From positions 1-49,345 of the forward strand of contig JAOZGP010000026.1 in the NCBI GenBank assembly GCA_027491735.1: a stretch of DNA of 49,345 nt, in the 5' to 3' direction. The notes beneath the pieces were generated by a model. It did no database searches and was not told the DNA's origin. It saw nothing but the letters and a program-made list of their open reading frames with translations. The stretch's first letter is position 1. Each line of letters opens with the position of its first letter. Both the position numbers and the translations under genes were made by a program. Below are positions 19,276 through 28,728 of this stretch, piece after piece. The DNA is from Thermoproteota archaeon. Its GTDB lineage: Archaea; Korarchaeota; Korarchaeia; Korarchaeales; Korarchaeaceae.

Positions 19276-19638
19276 TCAGTCTCCTTTTCTCACCTTTCCT
19301 AACACTACATGGCTTACAGTTTTGGCCATTCTCCTGGCTTCAGCTATTCTCACGAGATCTCCCTCTTGGACCTTTATACACGGCGGTAGATGAGCATGAA
19401 TCTTGGACCTTCTTCTCTCATATCTATCGTACTTCCTCGAGAAGTGCAGGTACTCTATCAGCACGGTCACGGTTCTTGTCATTTTAGCAGAAATGACTTT
19501 GCCCTCCAAGATTCCCCTTCTTCTGATCCTTATGGTTCCATGCCATGGACACTTCTCGTCGTCGCAGATCTCCTTGGGAGGTACGAGATCCTCAACAAAT
19601 TGCCGAGGTATCCTGCTGATCTCATAACTCGAGCTCAT
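19276..19638 (-). CDS. rps17p: 30S ribosomal protein uS17
   Basis: CDDEKCPWHG, KYDRYERRRSKIHAHLPPC. Confidence 0.96.
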   Translation of the reverse strand: MSSSYEISRIPRQFVEDLVPPKEICDDEKCPWHGTIRIRRRGILEGKVISAKMTRTVTVLIEYLHFSRKYDRYERRRSKIHAHLPPCIKVQEGDLVRIAEARRMAKTVSHVVLGKVRKGD

Positions 19639-19898
19639 ACTCTCTTCACCCTCTCCTCAGGTCTTCCTACAATACTTGAACCACATACATATGCCCTCTT
19701 TCCACAAGGTAGAACAAATTTGAACACTCTATACCTCTTCTCGATCCTCCTAAGGGAGGAATTTGACCTCACTATTAAAAGGTTCCTGGTTTCATCCACT
19801 ACCTTTCCCCTAATACCTAGCTCGCAAATGTTTGGGGAGTAGACTACCTCGATCTTTAAACCTATCAGCTCATGGAAGATGAGATCTCTAGCGGACAT
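19635..19898 (-). CDS. rnp1: Ribonuclease P protein subunit Rpp29
   Basis: HELIGL, GKVVDETRN, GRPEERVK; S10-operon position. Confidence 0.92.
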   Translation of the reverse strand: MSARDLIFHELIGLKIEVVYSPNICELGIRGKVVDETRNLLIVRSNSSLRRIEKRYRVFKFVLPCGKRAYVCGSSIVGRPEERVKRV

Positions 19899-19912
19899 CC
19901 TACAGCGGAGGT

Positions 19913-20122
19913 CTATATCGCACCCCTTTCCCTCAGTACCGTGAGGATCCTGGCAATCTCTCTTCTTAACTCTCTTCTCACGTGAGTTTTCTCCCCTCCT
20001 CTAGCGCTGACGGTCCCACCTCGAGATCTTACTATAAAAAGCTCCTTTTTTAGTTCTCTTAGTCTTTCTAAGAGCTCCTCATTGCTCATATCTCTGATCT
20101 CAGCCATCTTCTTCATGGTCAA
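19913..20122 (-). CDS. rpl29: 50S ribosomal protein uL29
   Basis: EIRDMSNEEL...LKKEL...RREIARILTVLRE. Confidence 0.92.
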   Translation of the reverse strand: MTMKKMAEIRDMSNEELLERLRELKKELFIVRSRGGTVSARGGEKTHVRRELRREIARILTVLRERGAI

Positions 20123-20832
20123 CCATCATCCACCTCCTCTTGCTGCTTTTTCTCCTCATCCAAAATCTCTTCTTCACTCTTTTCCTGAATTTTCTCAAGG
20201 AACTCATGGATCTTATCTTCTTTTATCACTACCTGATCTGGTGTCTTGGCCTCTGGCTTCACTACCCTGACTCTCACACCCATCATTCCCTGAGGGAGAA
20301 GGATATGCTCCACAGCGTACTCAACATTTCTCATGAGGTCCTCTCCACATCGATATATGACTCCAGCCCTAAATCTTTCCTCTCTAGCCCTCTGACTTCC
20401 AAACTTCCCAGCAATTTTTATTTCGATTCCTCGTGCTCCTGCAGAGAGAGCTCTCCTCATCGCTATGAAGACCACTCTTCTGTGCCTCTCTCCCCTGGCG
20501 ATCCTGGCCGCTATGAAATGGGCGATCAGTCTGGCAGACAAGAAGGGCTCCTCAACTTTCTCGGCCCTTAAATATGGATTCTCAAAACCGAATTTCTGTT
20601 TTAACAACTCAGTTAATCTTTTGCTCAACCTGCCCGATTTTCCTATAGCGAGACCCGGCCTTTCAACGTATACAGTGATCATCTCCCTCAACGGGGTGAT
20701 GACAAGATCGGCATCGTGGAAACCTGCACGGCTGAGATATTTCTTAAGGAACTCCTTGAGAACAGCTCTCCTCCAGCCCTCATGTACTATCTTCTTGTAG
20801 GTGGGAACCTTTATCACTGCTGTCATGCTCAT
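20119..20832 (-). CDS. rps3: 30S ribosomal protein uS3
   Basis: RPGLAIGKSG KH motif, GARGIEIKIAGK, GMMGVRV. Confidence 0.95.
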   Translation of the reverse strand: MSMTAVIKVPTYKKIVHEGWRRAVLKEFLKKYLSRAGFHDADLVITPLREMITVYVERPGLAIGKSGRLSKRLTELLKQKFGFENPYLRAEKVEEPFLSARLIAHFIAARIARGERHRRVVFIAMRRALSAGARGIEIKIAGKFGSQRAREERFRAGVIYRCGEDLMRNVEYAVEHILLPQGMMGVRVRVVKPEAKTPDQVVIKEDKIHEFLEKIQEKSEEEILDEEKKQQEEVDDG

Positions 20833-21290
20833 GATCTCTCCTCCACGACAACCTCAACATGAACTAGCTGCTCAACCTTCGGTGTAGATCTCCCCATCGC
20901 CCTGTAAAAGACTCTCCTGAGTTTATAGCTCTGCTGAGCGGCTATATGCTTTATGTAGAGAAGATCCGGATCTAATCCCTTCTCGGAAGCATTGTACTCA
21001 GCATTGTTCAGTATCTTGAGTAAGAGCTTCGCCGCTTTCACGGGATATCTTCCTATCTTCCATCCTTTCAGCTGACTTCTATGCCCCACGCCCTTCTTAT
21101 ACCTTCTAAAGGGTACTGGTCGTCTCAGAGCGATTACGTCCTCCAAGAGATCTCTGGCTTCATCAAGTTTCATCCCTCTAATAGCTCTTACAAGCTCTAC
21201 CATCTCCTTAAATGAGACTCTCAGATCTCTGCCAGAGCTTCTAGCCTCATTGTCTCCTAGCTTTTTGTATGAGTATCCATATCGTGGCAA
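20829..21290 (-). CDS. rpl22: 50S ribosomal protein uL22
   Basis: VSFK, PVPFRRY, GRYPVKAA, RAMGRSTP; TTG start. Confidence 0.96.
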   Translation of the reverse strand: MPRYGYSYKKLGDNEARSSGRDLRVSFKEMVELVRAIRGMKLDEARDLLEDVIALRRPVPFRRYKKGVGHRSQLKGWKIGRYPVKAAKLLLKILNNAEYNASEKGLDPDLLYIKHIAAQQSYKLRRVFYRAMGRSTPKVEQLVHVEVVVEERS

Positions 21291-21443
21291 GCGTCACCGT
21301 CCTCCCTAGGACACCACACAGAGTGTCCTGGGGTGTGTCTATTTAAAGATTTTTAGCATGTCCTTCTATCTTCAGTCAGGATAGAGAATCCTGTGAGCGA
21401 AATAAGTTTTTCAGATCTCCTGTTGAGATCGGGGGAGGCGTCT

Positions 21444-22457
21444 TTAACTCTTCCTGCTCTTTTTACAGATCTTATCTCTTTTCGACAGTATCAATAACAA
21501 TATCAGCGCTGGAGGTATCAGAGCCAGGATCCACACAGCTATCAGATTGGGCATGGGCTTGACCTCAGAGAAGTAAACCTCTATATCCTTCTTTTCTGCT
21601 AAATTGGATATATACTGCCACCTTCCTTCGCTCCATAGAATTTCCTTAGGAGTTGGCTGTCCTCCAGTTATCCTACAATTGGGAGGGAGCTCCACGTCCA
21701 CGATCCCGACAACATCTTTAGGGAGAGTAATCAGTATGGGAGCTAGGGACAAAGACTTCCCTCCTTCTCTACCGAGCACGAGCTTTTCCATCGAGGTCGT
21801 TCTCTCCTCCAGCGTGTAGGCTATGCTCACAAGCTTTAGCTCTTTAATGGTATCAGTCCTAAAGGTGAGGTTGTACAGGGATATGTAGGGATTGGAGGAC
21901 CTTACATCAGCGCTTATCACTAGGGCCGGCATACTGCTGTTACCCTTTTTAACCTTCGTCAGTCCGAACCTTATGTTGGTTATGACATAGCCCTCGTTGA
22001 GGAAGAACGTCATCAGGCTATGTACGGATATGGCGTTATATACACTCTTATTTAGAAGGTATTTCAGGGCATCTTCAGCTTTCTTAGGGGGCATGTTAGG
22101 TATTATAGTCATCCTGTACGTTCCAGTGAGGCCGAAGCTGCTCTTCTTCATGATCACCTCCCCATAATGGATGAATTCAGGAATCAGTGGAGCACCTAGA
22201 ACGCCCTGAACATAGGAAAGATCCTTGCTATGAACTATTCTGACTATCAATCCTTGAACACTCGCGCTGAGATTGTCGCTGAAGGAGATCTTTATTTTAG
22301 ACAACTTTACACTGGATGACAGGACACCTCCATCAACGGATGGTGGCTCCGTTGAGATCTTACTGGAAAAGATCTTCTCGCCACACACGGGGATGAGCAG
22401 GATGCTTATCAACATAAGCACCAGGAAACCAGCAGTTATGGTAAAATTATCTCTCAT
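21444..22457 (-). CDS. Secreted/surface protein with N-terminal signal peptide and C-terminal membrane anchor
   Basis: Hydrophobic N-terminal segment; C-terminal hydrophobic helix followed by a basic tail; family not recognised. Confidence 0.75.
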   Translation of the reverse strand: MRDNFTITAGFLVLMLISILLIPVCGEKIFSSKISTEPPSVDGGVLSSSVKLSKIKISFSDNLSASVQGLIVRIVHSKDLSYVQGVLGAPLIPEFIHYGEVIMKKSSFGLTGTYRMTIIPNMPPKKAEDALKYLLNKSVYNAISVHSLMTFFLNEGYVITNIRFGLTKVKKGNSSMPALVISADVRSSNPYISLYNLTFRTDTIKELKLVSIAYTLEERTTSMEKLVLGREGGKSLSLAPILITLPKDVVGIVDVELPPNCRITGGQPTPKEILWSEGRWQYISNLAEKKDIEVYFSEVKPMPNLIAVWILALIPPALILLLILSKRDKICKKSRKS

Positions 22458-22555
22458 ACCTTCAATCACCTATCCATGAAAGTCGGGGAGAGAAGAACTC
22501 CTTCATCGTTAATAAGTTTATTTTGGGATTTGCCTCTGAAGTTATCAGAAGATTC

Positions 22556-25057
22556 ATGAAAGCTTATCTGTTCTCTGTCATATACGACGGCAAAAAAAAG
22601 AAAGCAGTGATGAGGTTTTATGATCCTGTCTCAGGTAAAATAGTCTATGTTGGAGATTCCACAGACCATAAGCCTTATCTTCTGACGGATGCCTCTCCCG
22701 AGGACGTTCGTACGCTTGCGAAGGAGTTGACCAGCAGAATAGTCAGGATACACAGGGTTAAAAGATACGATATAGTGAGAGATCAGCATGTCGAGGTCAC
22801 CAAGGTGGAGACCTCCGATCCGCTGGCGGTAGGTGGGGGTAAAAAAGATCTGAGGACGATATTAGCTAAGGCGGGCTTCAGAGTCTGGGAAGCTAAGATA
22901 AAGTACTACGAGAGCTACATATACGATAGAGGACTCGTACCCGGAATGCTCTATCAAATAGACGGGGAGAACATAGCCTTGGAGAGAGTTGATCTTCCTG
23001 AGGAAGAGAGAAAGATCGTTGAGGAAGCTTTTTCCGAAGAGAGCGATGAAGTGCGCAACCTAGCTCTAGAGTTGGTGAGAATCCTAAGGGAACCTATTCC
23101 CAAGATGAGTTACGCCTCTTTGGACATAGAGGTGGCCTCATCACCACTGCAGATGCCCTCTCCCTCGGATCCGCGCAAGCCTGTCATAGCCGTGGCTATG
23201 ATGGGCAGCGATAACACGAAGAAGGTCTTCCTCCTCAGAAGAAGAAACTCAGAAGTGCCTTCTCAGATGGAGGACATCAAACTCATGGTTTTCGATGAGG
23301 AAACCGACCTTCTTCGAGCTGTCTCAGAGGAGATGAGAAGGTACACTGTCATATACACGTTCAATGGGGACAACTTCGATCTCCCCTACTTGGCCAAGAG
23401 AGCCAAGGTTTTGGGTGTTGGAGACCTTGGGATAATAACCGAGAGGGATAGAACCCTCCTCAGGGATGGCATACACATAGATCTCTATAAGCTCTTCAGC
23501 AATAGATCCATTCAGGTCTACGTCTTTAAGAACGCCTATCTTGGCTACACCCTTGATGAGATATCTGAGGGGATACTAAACGAAAAGAAGATTGATATAG
23601 GCCCAGAAAGAGATATAGCCAGTCTTTCTCCTGAAAAATTAGCTCAATACTGCTTTCAAGATGCTAAACTTACCTTTCTTCTCGGATCGTCTCTGAATAA
23701 CAACCTCCTTAGGATAATATTCGTCTTCTCCAGACTGGCCAAGATGCCTGTTGAGGACGTGGCTAGAACAGGGATATCCCAATGGATAAGGGGAATGATC
23801 TACGCGAGCTACAGGGAAAGAAAATGGTTGATACCGAACAAAGAGGATATATTACAAGTCAGAGGGTCAAAAATCTATAGTAAAGCGCTGATAAAGGGAA
23901 AGAAATACATGGGGGCTATAGTGCTCAACCCGGTGCCTGGGGTTCACTTCAACGTGGCTGTTATGGACTTCGCAAGCATGTATCCAAGTATAATAAAAAA
24001 ATGGAATATAAGTTTTGAGACGATGAACTGCCCTCACACCGACTGTAAGGATAACAGGCCACTGGAAGACCTTCCGCACTGGATCTGTAGGAGAAGGCTA
24101 GGTATAGTTCCAAAGATGATAGGGGTGCTTAGAGACCTGAGGGTTCGCATATACAAGAAACTGGCGAAGTCCAAGAACATCTCTAAGGAGAGAAGGGAGT
24201 GGTACGACGTGATCCAGAACAGCCTCAAAGTTCTACTGAATGCCTCTTACGGTGTCTTTGGCTTCGAGGAATTTCCACTGTATTCCCCTCCAGTGGCGGA
24301 GATGATAACAGCCCTCGGAAGGGCAGCAATAACGTCTGCCGTGGAGGAGGCTAGAAAGCTTGGATTGAAGGTGATATATGGAGACACAGATTCTCTTTTC
24401 ATAGAAAACGCCTCTAAGGATCTCTTAAATACATTAGAGAAGAAAGTGGAGAGCAAACTCGGTATAGATCTGGAACTGGACAAGATGTATCGCTACGTGG
24501 TCCTTCCAAGCATAAAGAAGAATTACCTCGGTGTGACCCCGAATGGCCACGTGGATATAAAGGGGCTCCTCGGCAAGAAGAGAAACATACCCGATATAGT
24601 GAAAGAGGCGTTCTTTGAAGTTCTAAAGGTCCTGAGCGAGGCGAGAACTCCTGAGGAAGTTAGAGAATGTAGGAAGAGGATAGGTGAAATAGTGAGAGGG
24701 TACGTGGAGAGGCTTAGGAAAAGAGAGTTCAACCTGGATGAGATCTGCTTCAGGGCAACTCTAAACAAGAAACTTAGTAACTATGTGAAGACAACTCCTC
24801 AGCACGTAAAGGCAGCAAGACTCTTAGAAGAAAGGCTGAAGATGAAAGTTCAACCCGGGGAGGTAATATCCTACGTGAAAGTCACTGGCGTTGATGGAGT
24901 CAAGCCAGTCGAGCTCGCCAGTGTGAGGGAAGTTGATGTGGACAAATACGTGGAAATCATGCGCAGCACCTTCCAGCAGATATTCGACGCCTTGGATCTG
25001 GACTTCGATGAACTCATATCAGGAAAAAAGATGAAGACGTTGGAGGACTTCCTCTAG
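22556..25057 (+). CDS. polB1: Family B DNA polymerase PolB1
   Basis: ExoI DIEV, ExoII FNGDNFD, ExoIII YCFQDA, DFASMYPS, NASYGVFG, YGDTDS, GLLGKKRN; C-terminal PIP-like TLEDFL. Confidence 0.95.
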   Translation: MKAYLFSVIYDGKKKKAVMRFYDPVSGKIVYVGDSTDHKPYLLTDASPEDVRTLAKELTSRIVRIHRVKRYDIVRDQHVEVTKVETSDPLAVGGGKKDLRTILAKAGFRVWEAKIKYYESYIYDRGLVPGMLYQIDGENIALERVDLPEEERKIVEEAFSEESDEVRNLALELVRILREPIPKMSYASLDIEVASSPLQMPSPSDPRKPVIAVAMMGSDNTKKVFLLRRRNSEVPSQMEDIKLMVFDEETDLLRAVSEEMRRYTVIYTFNGDNFDLPYLAKRAKVLGVGDLGIITERDRTLLRDGIHIDLYKLFSNRSIQVYVFKNAYLGYTLDEISEGILNEKKIDIGPERDIASLSPEKLAQYCFQDAKLTFLLGSSLNNNLLRIIFVFSRLAKMPVEDVARTGISQWIRGMIYASYRERKWLIPNKEDILQVRGSKIYSKALIKGKKYMGAIVLNPVPGVHFNVAVMDFASMYPSIIKKWNISFETMNCPHTDCKDNRPLEDLPHWICRRRLGIVPKMIGVLRDLRVRIYKKLAKSKNISKERREWYDVIQNSLKVLLNASYGVFGFEEFPLYSPPVAEMITALGRAAITSAVEEARKLGLKVIYGDTDSLFIENASKDLLNTLEKKVESKLGIDLELDKMYRYVVLPSIKKNYLGVTPNGHVDIKGLLGKKRNIPDIVKEAFFEVLKVLSEARTPEEVRECRKRIGEIVRGYVERLRKREFNLDEICFRATLNKKLSNYVKTTPQHVKAARLLEERLKMKVQPGEVISYVKVTGVDGVKPVELASVREVDVDKYVEIMRSTFQQIFDALDLDFDELISGKKMKTLEDFL

Positions 25058-26934
25058 GCTTCAGACTCAATTTTTTCAACCACAAGATCTCTAACTCTTC
25101 TTCCATCGACCTTTCCACGGGCTCTGCGCATCACCTCTCCAATGATCTTCTTCAACGCCCGATCCTTATCCTCTTTAAGGAGATCTCTATGCTTCTTTAT
25201 CGCTTCCTCCACAATCCTTCTGAGGAGACTCTCATCCATACTGTATTTAGAACGCACCAACTCCTCTACGTCGGCCTTGGGGTTGAGTGAGAGATCAGCT
25301 AACAGAGATTCCACTGCCTCCTTGGCTAAGACTCCCTTATCCACGAGTGACAGAATCTTCTCCAACATCTTCTCAGATATGAGGTTGACGGGATGACCTT
25401 CTCTCCTGAGATATCTCATTTTTGAGGTGAGCACGTCGGCTATAAACCTCTTAGAAAGATGTCTGCAGCTAGAAGCAATTCTCTCGAAGATATCCACCTT
25501 CTCCTCATCGAAGAGCATGTCTGCCTGTTCCAGCGGCAATCCATAACTTCTCATTAATCTCTCAACCACTTCCTCCGGACTCTCATACCGCCACGATGCC
25601 AACCTCATGAGGATGAGCTCTGGGTTCACGGGTGGTATATCGGTCTCCGGATACATGCGAGCGGATCCAGGCATGGGTCTCATGAACTCAGTGTTCCCAT
25701 CTGGGAGAGCCCGCCTTGTCTCCTCTGGAACACCTTTAAGGGCCATACGCACTCTTCTGAGTACCGCCCCTAAAGCGATTTCCGCAGATCCTTTCTCAGC
25801 AACAACAATAGCGAAGGCATCCTCCTCACTGAGGCCGAGCTTTGATGCTATCGAGGAGATTGCATTCGCATCTATACCATATCCGGGTAACTCATCTGAA
25901 TGTATTATACCCTTGACTCCACTGAACACCTTGGCATAACCTGCGAGCTCTGTTCCGAACCTCCTCCCCGGCTGGATTTCCCTCCCAAGAAGACCTCTCA
26001 TTTTCGGAAGTTTAACTGCGAGAACCACGTTTCCAGAGGACAAGGCTTTGCGGAACATTCTTGAATTTGACCCAGAGATCTCCGGAGTTACATTAGCGAA
26101 AGAATCCTCGAGCTCATCTTCAGACAAACCTCTTCTTTCCATTTCCCTCTTTATATCAAGAAGAGATCTCTGTCTCCGAACTTCTCTTCTTATGACCTCC
26201 GGTATCAGCTCAAGCTCCTGTACACCTTTTATCTCCTGCCTGGCTCCTCCTTCTATGCTTATGTTTATGTCCTGCCTTATGGTTCCCAGTCCTCTCATAA
26301 CCTCCTTCGTGGCCCGGAGCATTCTTCCTATTTTCAGGGCAGTCTCCTCAGCCTGATCTGGGTCATGAATGTCCGGGGCTGTGGCTATCTCTACTAGAGG
26401 TATGCCAAGCCTGTCGAGCTTGTACTTAGCGTACTCCCGTCTTGACTCGACTATGTAGGCCGACTCCTCCTCGAGACACAGCGTTCTTAAGTGTACTCTT
26501 CCCTTGGATGTCTCTACATAGCTTTCATCGTCCCCCATGGCTACAAGAGCAGTTCTCTGAAAGCCTGTCGTATTGCTTCCATCAACTACGATCTTTCTCA
26601 TAACATGGATCTCATCTAGAGGAATCATGTTGAAGATCTTTGCTATTTTAAGAGCTATCTCGAGGGCTTTCTCGTTCATGGGAAGAGGAGGAGACTCATC
26701 AGCCTCCACCTCACATGTCTCATCGTAGTAAATCCCATAGAAGAACTCTCGATCCCTGAGAACCTCAAATCTAGCAGCAGGATCTATGGAGCCAAGCTCA
26801 CTGTATGAAACACCCATTTTTCTGATTAGCCACTCATCAGGTTCTCTCTCTATGATTTTGGAGGGACAATTACAGAACAGCTTGTTGGTGTTAAGCCTCT
26901 GGTGAATTTCAAGTCCCACCTTAAGTTCAACCAT
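25054..26934 (-). CDS. gatE: Glu-tRNA(Gln) amidotransferase subunit E
   Basis: GLEIHQ, MRKIVVDGSNTTGFQRT, DRLGIPLVEI, RMYPETD. Confidence 0.97.
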   Translation of the reverse strand: MVELKVGLEIHQRLNTNKLFCNCPSKIIEREPDEWLIRKMGVSYSELGSIDPAARFEVLRDREFFYGIYYDETCEVEADESPPLPMNEKALEIALKIAKIFNMIPLDEIHVMRKIVVDGSNTTGFQRTALVAMGDDESYVETSKGRVHLRTLCLEEESAYIVESRREYAKYKLDRLGIPLVEIATAPDIHDPDQAEETALKIGRMLRATKEVMRGLGTIRQDINISIEGGARQEIKGVQELELIPEVIRREVRRQRSLLDIKREMERRGLSEDELEDSFANVTPEISGSNSRMFRKALSSGNVVLAVKLPKMRGLLGREIQPGRRFGTELAGYAKVFSGVKGIIHSDELPGYGIDANAISSIASKLGLSEEDAFAIVVAEKGSAEIALGAVLRRVRMALKGVPEETRRALPDGNTEFMRPMPGSARMYPETDIPPVNPELILMRLASWRYESPEEVVERLMRSYGLPLEQADMLFDEEKVDIFERIASSCRHLSKRFIADVLTSKMRYLRREGHPVNLISEKMLEKILSLVDKGVLAKEAVESLLADLSLNPKADVEELVRSKYSMDESLLRRIVEEAIKKHRDLLKEDKDRALKKIIGEVMRRARGKVDGRRVRDLVVEKIESEA

Positions 26935-26935
26935 T

Positions 26936-28264
26936 TTAACTCACCCAACATGGCGGAAAGAACCTCATGCTTATGGACCTCGATATCTCTCCCACCATGT
27001 TCGTCATCATGAGCCTCCTGACCTCCTCCATATTCCTTGTGTGTCCCAGTACATACATTAGCTTGACGAGCGCAACCTCCGGTAGCATATCCTCCCCAGG
27101 TATCACTCCAGCCTTAAGAAGAAGTCTACCAGTCTCATAAACCCTTAGATTAACTCTGCCGAAAAGGGTTTGCGAGGTCATGACGACGGGGATTCCGTCT
27201 TTGACGAGCCTCTCCAGCTCCTTTATCACTTCGTACGGAGTATGACCAAGCCCGGTGCCCGCGACCACGAGACCATGATAATCTAAATCCTTAATAATCT
27301 GCACGATCTTAGGGTCCATCCCCGGCCATACGTACAACAGAAAGACTCGATCATCCATCTTGGTATCTATCTCGACCTTGAGCGAGTCGTCCCTTCTTCT
27401 AAACCCGCTCAAGTACTCTATCCCTTCACGAGTTACTTTGGCTATGGGCATCGAGTTGACCGGAAGAAAAGCGTCTCTTCTTGAGGTGTGCATCTTTCTG
27501 GCCTTGACTCCCCGTATAACCCAGGCAAATTCGTCACTGCTACTTCCATGCATGACTATGACGACTTCTCCTATTTCCGAGACTGCTACCCGAACGGATG
27601 CTATCAAGTTGAGAACAGCATCAGTAGAAGGTCTGTCTATCGATCTCTGCGCTCCCACAAAAACCACAGGCTTTCCCAAGTTCTTCATGAGGAACGACAC
27701 AGCTGCTGCTGAGTAGTGCATGGTATCAGTCCCATGGGCTACTAGGACCCCCGAGGCTCCGGAGTTGAGCTCCTTAGCAACGGCCTCGGCGATTTTCACC
27801 CAGTGCCCTGCTGTCAGGTTTTCACTAAACTCAGCGAACAGGGGCCTGTAATCGATGTTGGCTATGTCAGCTATTTCAGGAACTATGTCCAACAACTCCT
27901 CTGGTCTTTCGTATGCCCTGACTCCTCCGGTTCTGTAGTCTACCCTCGATGAAATCGTTCCTCCTGTTACCACCATCGGAACATAGGGTAACCCCTTTCT
28001 CGGTTCCATCCTCGGTATCTCAGGTTCTCTATGCTTCCATCCCTTTTCAAGGATCTTCAGGTTTTTGATTTTGTCCACGGAGATCCCGACGTTGTATCCA
28101 TTGTTGAGCTTTATGACGAGATGCGTGTCATCGAAGAGTTCTGGCCTGGGTATGACTCTTCCCTTGAGGCTCAACCTATCAGTCTCAACGAGGACAAGAT
28201 CGTAATCTTTAACCCCCCGATCACTCAAAAATTTGCCAGCTCTTCCCCGGTAGGTCAGCGCCAT
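26936..28264 (-). CDS. gatD: Glu-tRNA(Gln) amidotransferase subunit D
   Basis: TGGTISSRVDY, HGTDTM, GAQRSIDRPS, KMHTSRRDAF; probable ATG at 28264. Confidence 0.97.
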   Translation of the reverse strand: MALTYRGRAGKFLSDRGVKDYDLVLVETDRLSLKGRVIPRPELFDDTHLVIKLNNGYNVGISVDKIKNLKILEKGWKHREPEIPRMEPRKGLPYVPMVVTGGTISSRVDYRTGGVRAYERPEELLDIVPEIADIANIDYRPLFAEFSENLTAGHWVKIAEAVAKELNSGASGVLVAHGTDTMHYSAAAVSFLMKNLGKPVVFVGAQRSIDRPSTDAVLNLIASVRVAVSEIGEVVIVMHGSSSDEFAWVIRGVKARKMHTSRRDAFLPVNSMPIAKVTREGIEYLSGFRRRDDSLKVEIDTKMDDRVFLLYVWPGMDPKIVQIIKDLDYHGLVVAGTGLGHTPYEVIKELERLVKDGIPVVMTSQTLFGRVNLRVYETGRLLLKAGVIPGEDMLPEVALVKLMYVLGHTRNMEEVRRLMMTNMVGEISRSISMRFFPPCWVS

Positions 28265-28310
28265 CCAGATCAAAAAAGAGGGTAGCAACGTGATTTAAAA
28301 ACTCTCCAGA

Positions 28311-28724
28311 TCACTTTTTGAGCACCGGTCGGAACTTGTAGCCATAAGCTATGAGCCACGACTCACCACAAGTCCTGTGGATTCTGATCACCATCTCTAC
28401 CTCCATGCCCTCTCTGACTTCATCAGGTTCAACGTCTGTGAGTTGAGATAAGAGCCTTGTCCCATCTTTAAGCTCGATCAGAGCTATCACGTAGGGGGTA
28501 TAGTATTCAAACCCTCTCGGCGCGTTGTGAACTACGGTGAAGCTGACGACCCTCCCCCTTCTAGGCAGGTTGACCTTGTTCACATCGGTGGATCCACAGT
28601 GAGGGCATACCTTTCTATACGGAAAGAACCTTCTGTTACAGCTCTTGCACTCGCCCCCTAGGAGCCTGTACTTTATCCCCCTATCTCTCCAGTATAAAGG
28701 AATGCTCGTCCTTTCGAGAACCAT
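28311..28724 (-). CDS. DUF35 Zn-ribbon/OB-fold scaffold protein
   Basis: CKSC...FPYRKVCPHC, YGYKFRP; third gene of the HMGCS-thiolase cluster; ATG 28724 after GAGGTGA. Confidence 0.92.
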   Translation of the reverse strand: MVLERTSIPLYWRDRGIKYRLLGGECKSCNRRFFPYRKVCPHCGSTDVNKVNLPRRGRVVSFTVVHNAPRGFEYYTPYVIALIELKDGTRLLSQLTDVEPDEVREGMEVEMVIRIHRTCGESWLIAYGYKFRPVLKK

Positions 28725-28728
28725 ATCA

